Assembly: GCA_039811145.1 (NCBI GenBank)
Contig: JBDHYB010000015.1
Location: 1,350-65,349 of the forward strand
From: Chitinophagales bacterium
GTDB lineage: Bacteria > Bacteroidota > Bacteroidia > Chitinophagales > LD1
Reading direction: 5' to 3'
DNA: 64,000 nucleotides
In this document: positions 41,002 through 49,728 of the stretch, in pieces
Layout of the letters: every line of letters starts with the position of its first letter
Numbering within the stretch: position 1 is the stretch's first letter
The notes under the pieces: model-generated
The model's database searches: none
What the model saw: the letters and a program-made list of their open reading frames with translations, nothing else
What the model was told of the DNA's origin: nothing
Position numbers and translations under genes: made by a program

Positions 41002-42048
41002 TCAGGTTAGGCTTAACCAAGTTCGCAACTCTTTATACAACTCAATGATGCTTTTAAAGTTTAAACCAAAAACAGCCTTAACAAATTCAGCAGATATATC
41101 ATAGATTGACTTATCTGGAGCCAAGAGGGCTCTTAGTAATAAAGAGAATAAAAGTAAATAAGTGACTATTTTACTTATGTGCTTGAACCAGGTAGTTATA
41201 GTATAACTTTCTAAATCCAATGCTAAATTCGTAGAAAACTTAAACAAACGCTCGGCATAGTTGGTAGCTAAAAGAAAAAAAAGTGCAACCGTAGTGAGAG
41301 TTAAATAAAGAAACCTATTTTGACAAAGTATATACAAGTTTTTGAACAATACAGGCACAAAAAAACTAAAGGTAACATAGCTTAGACTGAACAAGGCTAC
41401 ATACTTTACTTGATGTATGCTTGAAGTTTGCTTTTCAATCACTTTTTTAAGTAAGTGTATGCCATCTGAAAGTAGTTTACCCATCCAAACGATATAAAAA
41501 GTGCCAAAATAAAGCACCAAAGTAAGATAGGCAGGGCCAAATATTTGATAAATTGTTGATTCAACCGTTTCTCCATGTTCAATCAAATACGGGGGAACGC
41601 CGCCCCAACTACTTTCTAATTCTGGGAGATAAATGTACTCTACGCGATCCCCTATTTCATCTGAAAAGGAGCATTGTATTTCTTTATCTAACCCTCCTAC
41701 TTTACAATATGGGACCGGAATAGGGATAGCATCTTGCCCCATGCCGGAAGTTTCAACATTTGTGTAGCGTTCAATAATTACAGATTTAACAGGAACAGCT
41801 TTATCTATTAATTTTTGGGCAGCATAAACAAACCAAAGTATAGCAACCGTCATTGAAATAAGAAATACTTGAAGTCCTCTTTTCCCGGATTGAGGCTTTG
41901 AGAATTTTATGAGTAAAGAACCACCAATCAATGGACCTGCCATTAAAAGTCCTAAGATACAATTAAGAGTACCACCCCAGTTTATTGCATAATAGCTCAC
42001 AAGAGCTATGAATGAAGTTATAAGCAACGCTATAATATACTTTAGCAC
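41002..42048 (-). CDS. Hypothetical AT-rich membrane protein
   Basis: 348 aa ORF with about 7 hydrophobic segments; composition differs from neighbours; GTG start. Confidence 0.65.
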   Translation of the reverse strand: MLKYIIALLITSFIALVSYYAINWGGTLNCILGLLMAGPLIGGSLLIKFSKPQSGKRGLQVFLISMTVAILWFVYAAQKLIDKAVPVKSVIIERYTNVETSGMGQDAIPIPVPYCKVGGLDKEIQCSFSDEIGDRVEYIYLPELESSWGGVPPYLIEHGETVESTIYQIFGPAYLTLVLYFGTFYIVWMGKLLSDGIHLLKKVIEKQTSSIHQVKYVALFSLSYVTFSFFVPVLFKNLYILCQNRFLYLTLTTVALFFLLATNYAERLFKFSTNLALDLESYTITTWFKHISKIVTYLLLFSLLLRALLAPDKSIYDISAEFVKAVFGLNFKSIIELYKELRTWLSLT

Positions 42049-42148
42049 TGATTTCTATTCCTTAAGTTATTACATATAAAATTAAAGTTGGTCAAAAATA
42101 AACACTTCAAACTTTAAATGCTTTCAATAGTAAGATTTACACTTACCA

Positions 42149-42592
42149 TTACCCCGTGGCACGCGCCCGGAGAGCAAAATTATACCCCCCCACTATGGTT
42201 AGCCCTAGTAAGCCCACTGTTAGCCCGGCGGCAAGCACATCGGCGCTAAGCACCCATAAATCGTTATAAAAATGGCTGGAAGCATACCAGTACGTATCCG
42301 TCATTACCGCAATAAGCATACCCGTAACAGAAGAAATTAAAAAGCCCCTCACAATACTTATTTCCTTTAACAGATAGATAAGCAGAAAGGTGATAAGCGC
42401 AGCGTAGGCAGCACAGGAAACAAGCAGAAAGAAAAAGCTGAATTCATCTCCCGATTTTTTGAAGCCTGCTAGTTGGGTGGTGTGCGCTTCGGTATAGGCG
42501 CCTAAAAGCAGTTCAAAAACAATGTAGCCTACCGCAAAGTAAACCACAGTGCCTAATACAACCGTAAGGAGATATAGCCCCAATTGTTTCAT
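42149..42592 (-). CDS. Four-TM membrane protein (DUF1761-like)
   Basis: Four hydrophobic helices, 147 aa. Confidence 0.6.
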   Translation of the reverse strand: MKQLGLYLLTVVLGTVVYFAVGYIVFELLLGAYTEAHTTQLAGFKKSGDEFSFFFLLVSCAAYAALITFLLIYLLKEISIVRGFLISSVTGMLIAVMTDTYWYASSHFYNDLWVLSADVLAAGLTVGLLGLTIVGGYNFALRARATG

Positions 42593-42708
42593 ACACTTAA
42601 ATTGAAAGGCAATTTATTTATTCCTATGCGCATAACAAGCAACAAACACAATTGCTAATAAAAGTTATTACTTTAAACCGTTATTGATAAAAGGCATCAA
42701 TAGGCTAT

Positions 42709-43323
42709 ATGATTAAACATTACGCCCTGTTACTATTTACAATAACGCTTTTAGCCGGTTGCAATACGCAAACGCCCAAAACCGAGGTGGCCGCCGTGGT
42801 GCACGATACGGTGGTAGTTACCATACACGATACTATTGCGCCAAAGATTATTGATACCGCCAAAGCTGAAAACAAGGCACCGGAAAAGCAGCCGTTAAAA
42901 GTGCTTGAGGAGCCCAAAAAGAAGCCGCTTGTAAAAGCCACCGGTAGTGATACTACTTTCTACTATTATAAAGATGGTAAGGTATCAGTAAAAATTACGC
43001 CCTGGAAGGACGGCAACCGCTACCTGTTGTTTTACAACCGCAGCGGACAGCTTACTTATACCCAAAACGATAAACGCATGAGTTTTACTGAGGTAACGCA
43101 ACTGAGCTTTAAAGGGAATGGTTCGGTAGAAAAGGCTGAGATACACGAGAACCCGGGCGCCAGTATGTATTGGTACGAAACGCGCGTAACCTTTAGCGAT
43201 GATAATGAACCGGAGTGGATGGTTACGCAACGTATGCCGGTAGAATCGCTAAACGATGTGGCAGTTAGTTATTACTGGAACAAGAAAACCAGGCAATGGA
43301 CCAAGCAGGAAGCCCAGCCTTAG
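42709..43323 (+). CDS. Hypothetical lipoprotein
   Basis: LLAGC lipobox; beta-hairpin-rich C-terminal part. Confidence 0.75.
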   Translation: MIKHYALLLFTITLLAGCNTQTPKTEVAAVVHDTVVVTIHDTIAPKIIDTAKAENKAPEKQPLKVLEEPKKKPLVKATGSDTTFYYYKDGKVSVKITPWKDGNRYLLFYNRSGQLTYTQNDKRMSFTEVTQLSFKGNGSVEKAEIHENPGASMYWYETRVTFSDDNEPEWMVTQRMPVESLNDVAVSYYWNKKTRQWTKQEAQP

Positions 43324-43325
43324 CC

Positions 43326-43895
43326 TTAATATAAAAACGGCAGTAAACGCCAGGTTTTACTCTTATATTGGCGGTAAGCATCGCCAAAGTGGCTAAGCAA
43401 CAATTCCTCTTCAATGTTCATGCGGCGGTGCAGGGCTAAAAAGATGGGGAAATTGATAATAACCAGCGGATACCAGCTATTGATTAAAAGAGAGTAACCC
43501 AAAAACTCAAGCACAAGGCCTAAATAGCTTGGATGGCGGATGAAACTATATAAGCCCGTTTGCTTTAATTGATGCTCCTTCCCTATTGAAACATCTACCG
43601 TAAAGCCTTTACCCAATTGTAATATAGCGCTCCAGCGTAAGGCAAAACCAATAACAAAAACAGCAAGCCCGCTCCAGCGCAGGGCCGTGTAGGGTTCCGT
43701 GCGCGGAAACATAAACCCCACCTTAATGCCAATAACCATAGCCAGCATTATAACCACCCAAAGCAGGCGCAGGGTGTTTTTATCCTGTTGTACCTTACTT
43801 GTTTCGGCAGATGATTTGCGGATGCGGCTTAATACAATTTCGCTACCGCAGAAAAAGAGGGCAACGGATAAGGTAAGGTTACTGAGGGTTATCAT
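43326..43895 (-). CDS. Isoprenylcysteine carboxyl methyltransferase (ICMT/PEMT) family protein
   Basis: LGKGFT, TGLYSFIRHPSYLG, EEELL..FGDAY..YK..TWRLLP. Confidence 0.9.
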   Translation of the reverse strand: MITLSNLTLSVALFFCGSEIVLSRIRKSSAETSKVQQDKNTLRLLWVVIMLAMVIGIKVGFMFPRTEPYTALRWSGLAVFVIGFALRWSAILQLGKGFTVDVSIGKEHQLKQTGLYSFIRHPSYLGLVLEFLGYSLLINSWYPLVIINFPIFLALHRRMNIEEELLLSHFGDAYRQYKSKTWRLLPFLY

Positions 43896-43961
43896 GACTT
43901 GTAACTTGCCCTGCTAAGATAGCGGAAGGCCACAGAATTGCATTAAGGAAAAGCAAGCGAC

Positions 43962-44606
43962 TTACTGCTCAATAAAAATGTAACCGCCTTTAGTGGCACC
44001 CCAAACCTGTTTACCGCTTTCATCAAAGCCCTGGTCCCACGAGCGAAGCTCGCCGCTTTTTAGTGTAATTTTTGTAGTGGCATATTTAGCGCCCCTAAGG
44101 TCCGATGGGCAGTTGGCACCATTGGTGCCGCCTTCGTAAGTATTGCCCTTGCGCGTTAAGGTAACGGTGCAGCCGTCCTTTAACTCTAGTTTATCAAAGG
44201 TCAGCTTTTCCATTTTAGCCTTATCGTTTTGCAGGCCTGCCAGGGTAATCGCATCTTTAATAGTGTAAATATCGCTGGTGAAGGTGTTTTTAGAGGGATG
44301 CTGCAAATGATACACCCGTTGGCGGTAGGGTTTCTCTAACTTAGTGGCTACGGCCTGCTCTACATACAGCCATTTGCCGTCGGTGCGGTCTGCCCAAATG
44401 GGGGTCATAATAAGGCTGATGTTAAAGTAATCGGTATCGCTTTTAGCCTGTAGTTCGCTGGTAAAACGGCCCTGCATTAGTTGGGCCAGTTCGTCCAGTT
44501 CCTTATCGGCAGTTGTTGCGTTTGCGGAGTTTTTTGAAGTAGTGCAGGCTGCCAACAGCAGCAACAAAAAGCTAAAAGTGGCGGCAATTTTAAGTGTAGT
44601 CTTCAT
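43962..44606 (-). CDS. CpcT/CpeT chromophore-lyase family lipoprotein
   Basis: WLYVEQA...KPYRQRVY, GC.V, C.S.LRGA.YAT, SWDQGFD..GKQVWGA..GGY.F; lipobox LAAC. Confidence 0.85.
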   Translation of the reverse strand: MKTTLKIAATFSFLLLLLAACTTSKNSANATTADKELDELAQLMQGRFTSELQAKSDTDYFNISLIMTPIWADRTDGKWLYVEQAVATKLEKPYRQRVYHLQHPSKNTFTSDIYTIKDAITLAGLQNDKAKMEKLTFDKLELKDGCTVTLTRKGNTYEGGTNGANCPSDLRGAKYATTKITLKSGELRSWDQGFDESGKQVWGATKGGYIFIEQ

Positions 44607-44709
44607 CACATATTTTCTATTGCAACACCGAACATAAGGAAAAGATAGAAATGGGGGATTGGGTTTCCAACTAAGGGAAAATATTGCCTGTTGCATAGAG
44701 CGTATTTGC

Positions 44710-44854
44710 GGCACGAGCGGACGCTCGCACCAGGTGATGCATGTTTCATCCTCGTCGCTTAGCTAAAGGCTGGACTTATTAAGGCACATGAGACATTTAA
44801 TCAGGCACAAGAACGCTTTGCTAATGGCTGCCCGGCATTCTTGCGCCAGTGGGG
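44710..44854 (-). repeat. REP-like cluster
   Basis: GGCACGAGCGGACGCTCGCACCAG (44710-44733), ATCCTCGTCGCTTAGCTAAAGGCT (44748-44771), GGCACAAGAA...TTCTTGCGCCAGTGGGG (44804-44854). Confidence 0.8.
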
Positions 44855-44871
44855 TAACCATTAACACTCTT

Positions 44872-45243
44872 TTAGCTTCTACCCCTCTTCTTACCTTTGT
44901 TATAGGCAGGTTCATTCTTTGTTGGTTTTAGCTCAAAATCAATTAAAGTAGCTTTGTCCGGGCTTACAATAACTCCTCTGTTCAGGGCACTTTCATAGCC
45001 CTTATAGGTAACAAATAAGTTGTATTTACCGGGCGCCAATGGCCGTATTGTATAATTGCCATCAATATCACTAATAACAAAACGGCCGGTAGGTTGGCCA
45101 TCGTTATCTACAATATCAACACGCGCTTTATTTGCTCCTTCCCTTCGTTCATCGTAAATTTTACCGAAAACTTGGCCTGTTTGCGCATGGCTGATTTGCG
45201 GCGCTAACCATATAGTCAGTAATAGAGCCATAAAGACCTTCAT
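44872..45243 (-). CDS. Secreted carboxypeptidase-regulatory-like (prealbumin-fold) domain protein
   Basis: Signal peptide, G..FGKIYD, SDIDGNYTI..LAPGKYNL.V.Y.GY. Confidence 0.75.
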   Translation of the reverse strand: MKVFMALLLTIWLAPQISHAQTGQVFGKIYDERREGANKARVDIVDNDGQPTGRFVISDIDGNYTIRPLAPGKYNLFVTYKGYESALNRGVIVSPDKATLIDFELKPTKNEPAYNKGKKRGRS

Positions 45244-45343
45244 AGGTATGGATTTATGCAGCAATATAACCCTGACTTCTTGTTAAGATTAATTTCCTTT
45301 GTCATTTAACTGAAAGAATTAGGATGGTTGGCGAGAATTAATC

Positions 45344-45372
45344 GGCACGAGCGGAACGATAGAGCCAGTTGG
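45344..45372 (-). repeat. Degenerate REP
   Basis: GGCACGAGCGGAACGATAGAGCCAGTTGG. Confidence 0.7.
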
Positions 45373-45400
45373 AGAGACCCGCAATCCGAGCAGTAACAAA

Positions 45401-45922
45401 TTAAAGAGCCAATGCCCAAATAAACACTTTGCCCAAGAGCTTATCTTTATTACCCTGCGGCATAGCGCCCACTGGTACAAACCCAAAATTCATAGCCAAT
45501 TTCATGGCTGAGAGGTTTTTCTCCCCAATATAAGTTTCAAGATGCCATAATTCGCTTTTCTCGCGGGCGTATTTAACCAGGTGTTCGCCCAAAGCCATGC
45601 CTACCTTTATACTACGATATTGCCTGCTAATATAGGTACTTACCTCACCGTACTGCCTTCGAACAAATGGGCCCGGCCTGCAAGGTAAAACAGACATCCA
45701 CCCTAATAGTTCATTACCATAAAATGCACCCCATATTTTAAAAGTATCGTCCTGGGCAGCAATTGCATGCTCAAACTCCTTACGGTAATATGGTTCCCTG
45801 GTCTTGATATCAATGGCAGCATCTCCAAATACTTTGTCGTAACCCTCTTCCCAAATTCTGTAGAATGCTTCAAAATCATTCTGTGTTGTTTCTCTTATAG
45901 CAATATTCTGTTCAGTAATCAT
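45401..45922 (-). CDS. GNAT-family N-acetyltransferase
   Basis: IRETT..D, LLGW, E.STYISRQYR..KVG, N.SA......FGF..VG; start at MITEQ (the longer ORF runs into REPs). Confidence 0.8.
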   Translation of the reverse strand: MITEQNIAIRETTQNDFEAFYRIWEEGYDKVFGDAAIDIKTREPYYRKEFEHAIAAQDDTFKIWGAFYGNELLGWMSVLPCRPGPFVRRQYGEVSTYISRQYRSIKVGMALGEHLVKYAREKSELWHLETYIGEKNLSAMKLAMNFGFVPVGAMPQGNKDKLLGKVFIWALAL

Positions 45923-46044
45923 TTTTCGAAAATATACTGTAGACCAAATATGAGTCTCACTTTCACTTTTTTTATGTATAGCATTGGGCTGGTAAGTATG
46001 CCAAGCAAGGAAAAAGAGATTACCTGCTATTAAGCCCTGCATTT

Positions 46045-46169
46045 GGCACGAGCGGGACACTCGCGCCTGTTGGAACGCTTCGCTAATGGCTGCACTGCAT
46101 TCTTGCGCCAGTTGGGGCATGCTTAAATATCCGATGCATTGTTAGTTGGCGGGGACGCCAACCAAGGGG
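46045..46169 (-). repeat. REP-like cluster
   Basis: GGCACGAGCGGGACACTCGCGCCTGTTGG, GAACGCTTCGCTAATGGCTG...TTCTTGCGCCAGTTGGGG, GTTGGCGGGGACGCCAACCAAGGGG. Confidence 0.8.
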
Positions 46170-46266
46170 AAAAATGAAACAGTTGATGAAAAATTGACTA
46201 TACAAGATAAGGGTTTGAAAAACATATTGTACTTTTATGAAGATATAGTCAGGTAAATGATATTTT

Positions 46267-47499
46267 ATGAAGCCAAAGCTGTCCTTTCTTTTAGGCTCCG
46301 GATTCTCTGTTCCAGATCATTTGCCTCCTGTGGCCGAATTAAATGAGCGGTTGCGAAAGATAGACGAAAGCGAAATCTTAATTCATTCCAGTCAAACAGC
46401 TATCTTTTTAAACGGTTCCGAAGACCCGAACAGACACGTCCATTGGGATGACCGATTATTCCTTCAACGATTTCTTGAGTTTTATACTTCGGAAGTTTTA
46501 AAAGGTGAAAGCAACTTTCACTACGAAACTTTCTACGATTACTATTCAGGATATTTAAATGCCGATGAAAATAAGGAAGCAATAGAAGCTTTTTATCAAA
46601 AATTTATTGAGGAAAACCTGAAAGACACCGACCATGTGAAAAACGCATTTAATTATGTTTCCGCATTTAACCGAACCTTTAATCAGTTAATCGCCCAACA
46701 ATTACAAAAGCGACTCTATGTAAACGATGTTAGCTACAGTAACTATCCACCCTATGATAACTTCATAAATTTCTTATCAACCACTCTAGAAACGTACGAT
46801 ATAAAAGTTCATACACTCAATCACGATTTGCTTTTTGATTTTCTTGGTGGCAAAACAAGCCTATGGCAAAGCTTTGCTGATGGCTTTGATTTACGCGGTT
46901 CTCGATACTATGGCGAAGTTAGCATGGACTTTAATCATGGCAATGAACGAGTTTATAAGACGTATGTAGTAAAACTGCAACGATTTAATAATAGGTTCGA
47001 CAAACCATTATGCCTGTTTAAGCTGCACGGTAGTGTCAATAATCTTTTAGTCTATACGCCGCAAAGAGAATATATACGACTAAAGCATGATTACGGGGTA
47101 AGTCGGTTTAAAATAGAAACGGATGACGGCACTTTTGAACGATTGCACGATGAGGTAGCACCCGATTTCTTAAGTGGCACCACTAACAAGCAACGATCTT
47201 ATACCCGCGACCCATACTATATTAACTTGTTTAAACATTTTGAAACTAACCTTACCGAATCAGAATATCTAATCGTTATTGGGTATAGTTTTCAAGATCC
47301 TGGTATCAATTATTACGTAGAGAATTGTTTCTTACAACAGGGCAAGAAGATGATTGTAATTGATGTGCGCCGACCTACAGCGAATATATTGGAGAAGCAT
47401 GATTTTACTTTTGTTAAAAAGAGTATTATTGATGTTTCCTACGATGAATTTCTTCGCTTGCTTTCAATTGAAGTTCCGAAGCGCACGTTTGTTTACTAA
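46267..47499 (+). CDS. Standalone SIR2-like (SIR2_2) domain protein, putative NADase/defence
   Basis: FLLGSGFS...LP, HTLNHDLL, FKLHGSVN, IVIGYSFQDPGIN motifs; AT-rich. Confidence 0.85.
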   Translation: MKPKLSFLLGSGFSVPDHLPPVAELNERLRKIDESEILIHSSQTAIFLNGSEDPNRHVHWDDRLFLQRFLEFYTSEVLKGESNFHYETFYDYYSGYLNADENKEAIEAFYQKFIEENLKDTDHVKNAFNYVSAFNRTFNQLIAQQLQKRLYVNDVSYSNYPPYDNFINFLSTTLETYDIKVHTLNHDLLFDFLGGKTSLWQSFADGFDLRGSRYYGEVSMDFNHGNERVYKTYVVKLQRFNNRFDKPLCLFKLHGSVNNLLVYTPQREYIRLKHDYGVSRFKIETDDGTFERLHDEVAPDFLSGTTNKQRSYTRDPYYINLFKHFETNLTESEYLIVIGYSFQDPGINYYVENCFLQQGKKMIVIDVRRPTANILEKHDFTFVKKSIIDVSYDEFLRLLSIEVPKRTFVY

Positions 47500-47592
47500 A
47501 CTCTAACTAGCTTTTATTTCCAGAGCCTTTCTCTCTTAATGCATCTAATATAATTTGCAATAGTCCTTCCTTCTTCTTTTGAATCCTAGATA

Positions 47593-47730
47593 GGTATAGG
47601 CTGTGCCTACGTACCAGCAAGCATGTAGCTTTCAACTCCAAGGCAATCACAAATTTGAAGATTACGGCGCGATTATGCGCTAATTGTTGCTGTGAAATAT
47701 CTCCAACCGGCGCGAGCGTCCGCTAGTGCC
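47593..47730 (+). repeat. REP-like hairpins downstream of the SIR2 gene
   Basis: GGTATAGGCTGTGCCTACGTACC (47593-47615, RAYT-flank type) and CCAACCGGCGCGAGCGTCCGCTAGTGCC (47703-47730). Confidence 0.8.
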
Positions 47731-47825
47731 AAACTAAGGTACGGCTTTAATAATAAATAGCGCCAGTATACCCTGCCGGATGTATTGCTAATGCAACCCT
47801 GTTCTTATATTCGCTTTAAGAACTT

Positions 47826-47991
47826 ATGCTAAAACTACTACTACCTATTACCTTATTGCTGGCCCTTGCCCAGCAAAACCACAAGGGCTATAAGGCCCAG
47901 GATGATTAGGGTATTTAAGGAACGATAAGAAGATTACTTACGTGAAAATGATAAGCCGTATTGGTTGATGCGTTATACCTATGAGTATTAA
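47826..47991 (+). pseudogene. Possible relic of a secreted-protein gene
   Basis: MLKLLLPITLLLALAQQ signal-peptide-like start, stops, then a C-terminus-like EDYLRENDKPYWLMRYTYEY*. Confidence 0.35.
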
Positions 47992-48040
47992 TACCCCCTC
48001 CGAAAAATGTTTCTATTTAAGACGGGAAGCATTTTTCTCG

Positions 48041-48154
48041 TCCCCCTATTTGCTGCACGCTTTTGCTCTGCGCAGGGGGACAGTTTAAGCAGCTAATGGG
48101 GCACCTCCGTTCAGCCCGAGTAGTCGGGACGGACACCTCCGCCAGCGGAGGACA
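48041..48154. repeat. CCTCCG/CCCCCT-type palindromic repeat pair
   Basis: TCCCCCT...AGGGGGACA and CACCTCCG...CACCTCCGCCAGCGGAGGACA; inverse of the element at 54324-54369. Confidence 0.65.
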
Positions 48155-48155
48155 T

Positions 48156-48187
48156 AAAAAAAACCTCCCGATTACTCGGGAGGCTTT
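48156..48187 (-). terminator. Intrinsic terminator downstream of aceA
   Basis: AAAAAAAACCTCCCGA-TTAC-TCGGGAGG. Confidence 0.75.
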
Positions 48188-48267
48188 CATTGTTGCTAAC
48201 CAAAATCCATTAATAAAGACGTTGTGAAGGTAGTGCATATTGTGCACATTATTAAAACCCCTTTTCA

Positions 48268-48330
48268 CGTCATTCCGGCGAAAGCCGGAATCTCGTTGTA
48301 CTTAGATGCCGGATCGGGTCCGGCATGACG
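48268..48330. repeat. GTCATT-type inverted repeat doublet
   Basis: CGTCATTCCGGCGAAAGCCGGAATCT ... AGATGCCGGATCGGGTCCGGCATGACG. Confidence 0.75.
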
Positions 48331-48340
48331 AATGGGGTGA

Positions 48341-49618
48341 CTAGTGAAACTGCTCAGCCTCGGTGCTGCCGGCAAGGGCAGTGGTAGAACTTTGGCCCTG
48401 TTGCACCACGTTCTGCACAGCATCGAAGTAACCGGTGCCTACAAATGCCTGGTGCTTAATAGCCTTAAAGCCGTGTTTTTCAAGGGCAAACTCGCGCTGT
48501 TGCAGTTCGCTGAAGCCGGCCATGCCGCGCTCAACGTATGCTTTGCTCAGCTCGAACATAGCAGTGTTCAGCGCATGGAAGCCAGCCAGCGTTATAAACT
48601 GGAATTTATAACCCATTTCAGCCAGGTTCTCGCGGAAGCTTAACATAGCTTTCTCATCCATAAACTTAGCCCAGTTGAAAGATGGTGAACAGTTGTAGGC
48701 TAACATTTTGCCGGGGTATTTAGCGTGGATGCCTTGGGCAAACTCGCGGGCTAGGCTTAAATCGGGGTTGCCGGTTTCCATCCAGATTAAATCAGCATAC
48801 GGGGCGTAGCTTATGCCACGGTCAATACCCTGCTCAAGGCCGTTCTTTACATAGAAGTAACCTTCAGGGGCACGTTTGCCGGTTAAGAACTTAGTATCGC
48901 GTGGGTCAACATCAGTAGTTATAAGGTTGGCAGCCTCAGCATCAGTACGGGCAATAATTAATGAAGGCACATTGCAAACGTCGGCAGCTAAACGGGCAGC
49001 TACCAGTTTGTTGATAGCCTCCTGGGTAGGCACTAACACCTTACCGCCTAAGTGGCCGCACTTTTTAGCAGAGGCCAGTTGGTCTTCCCAATGCACGCCT
49101 GCAGCGCCGGCTTCAATCATCTGCTTCATTAATTCAAAGGCGTTCAGGTTGCCGCCAAAGCCTGCTTCGGCATCAGCTACGATAGGCACCATCCAATCAG
49201 TTGTTGGTTCGCCGTCCATGTATTCAATTTGGTCGCGGCGCATTAAAGCGTTGTTAATCCGCTTAACTACCGAAGGCACTGAGTTAGCCGGATACAATGA
49301 CTGGTCAGGATACATTTCGCCGCTAAGGTTAGCATCGCCTGCTACCTGCCAACCGCTAAGGTAAATGGCCTTCATGCCGGCAGCTACTTCCTGTATAGCC
49401 TGGTTGCCGGTAAGGGCACCTAAACCTGCTACCCAGCTATCGCTGTGTAAACGGTTCCATAGCTTGGTAGCGCCGTTACGGGCTAAGCTATATTCTAACT
49501 GCACTGAACCACTGATGTTGATTACCTCTTCAGCAGTGTAAGGACGATGAACATTTTTCCAACGCGGGTTGGTTTCCCAATCGGTGCGCAAACGCAGCGC
49601 TCTTTCCTGTTTTGTCAT
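48341..49618 (-). CDS. aceA: Isocitrate lyase
   Basis: [48 protein letters not shown]. Confidence 0.98.
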   Translation of the reverse strand: MTKQERALRLRTDWETNPRWKNVHRPYTAEEVINISGSVQLEYSLARNGATKLWNRLHSDSWVAGLGALTGNQAIQEVAAGMKAIYLSGWQVAGDANLSGEMYPDQSLYPANSVPSVVKRINNALMRRDQIEYMDGEPTTDWMVPIVADAEAGFGGNLNAFELMKQMIEAGAAGVHWEDQLASAKKCGHLGGKVLVPTQEAINKLVAARLAADVCNVPSLIIARTDAEAANLITTDVDPRDTKFLTGKRAPEGYFYVKNGLEQGIDRGISYAPYADLIWMETGNPDLSLAREFAQGIHAKYPGKMLAYNCSPSFNWAKFMDEKAMLSFRENLAEMGYKFQFITLAGFHALNTAMFELSKAYVERGMAGFSELQQREFALEKHGFKAIKHQAFVGTGYFDAVQNVVQQGQSSTTALAGSTEAEQFH

Positions 49619-49658
49619 TGTTTTATTTATGGTTTTTAGTTTTCAATTATTCGTTTCT

Positions 49659-49728
49659 TGTCATCCTGAGCTTGTCGAAGGATACTATCAAAAGTGCTCT
49701 TATTGTCTGTCGTCCGTGGTCTATTGTC
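49659..49728. repeat. GTCATCCTGAG-type repeat plus heptamer tandem repeats
   Basis: TGTCATCCTGAGCTTGTCGAAGGA (49659-49682); TATTGTC-TGTCGTC-CGTGGTC-TATTGTC (49701-49728). Confidence 0.65.

Noticed and set aside
45923-46120. N-terminal extension of the GNAT ORF (likewise the extensions of 43962-44714, 24791-25252 and 56238-57083)
   Set aside because: The extensions run through REP or AT-rich intergenic DNA; downstream ATGs give more plausible starts.
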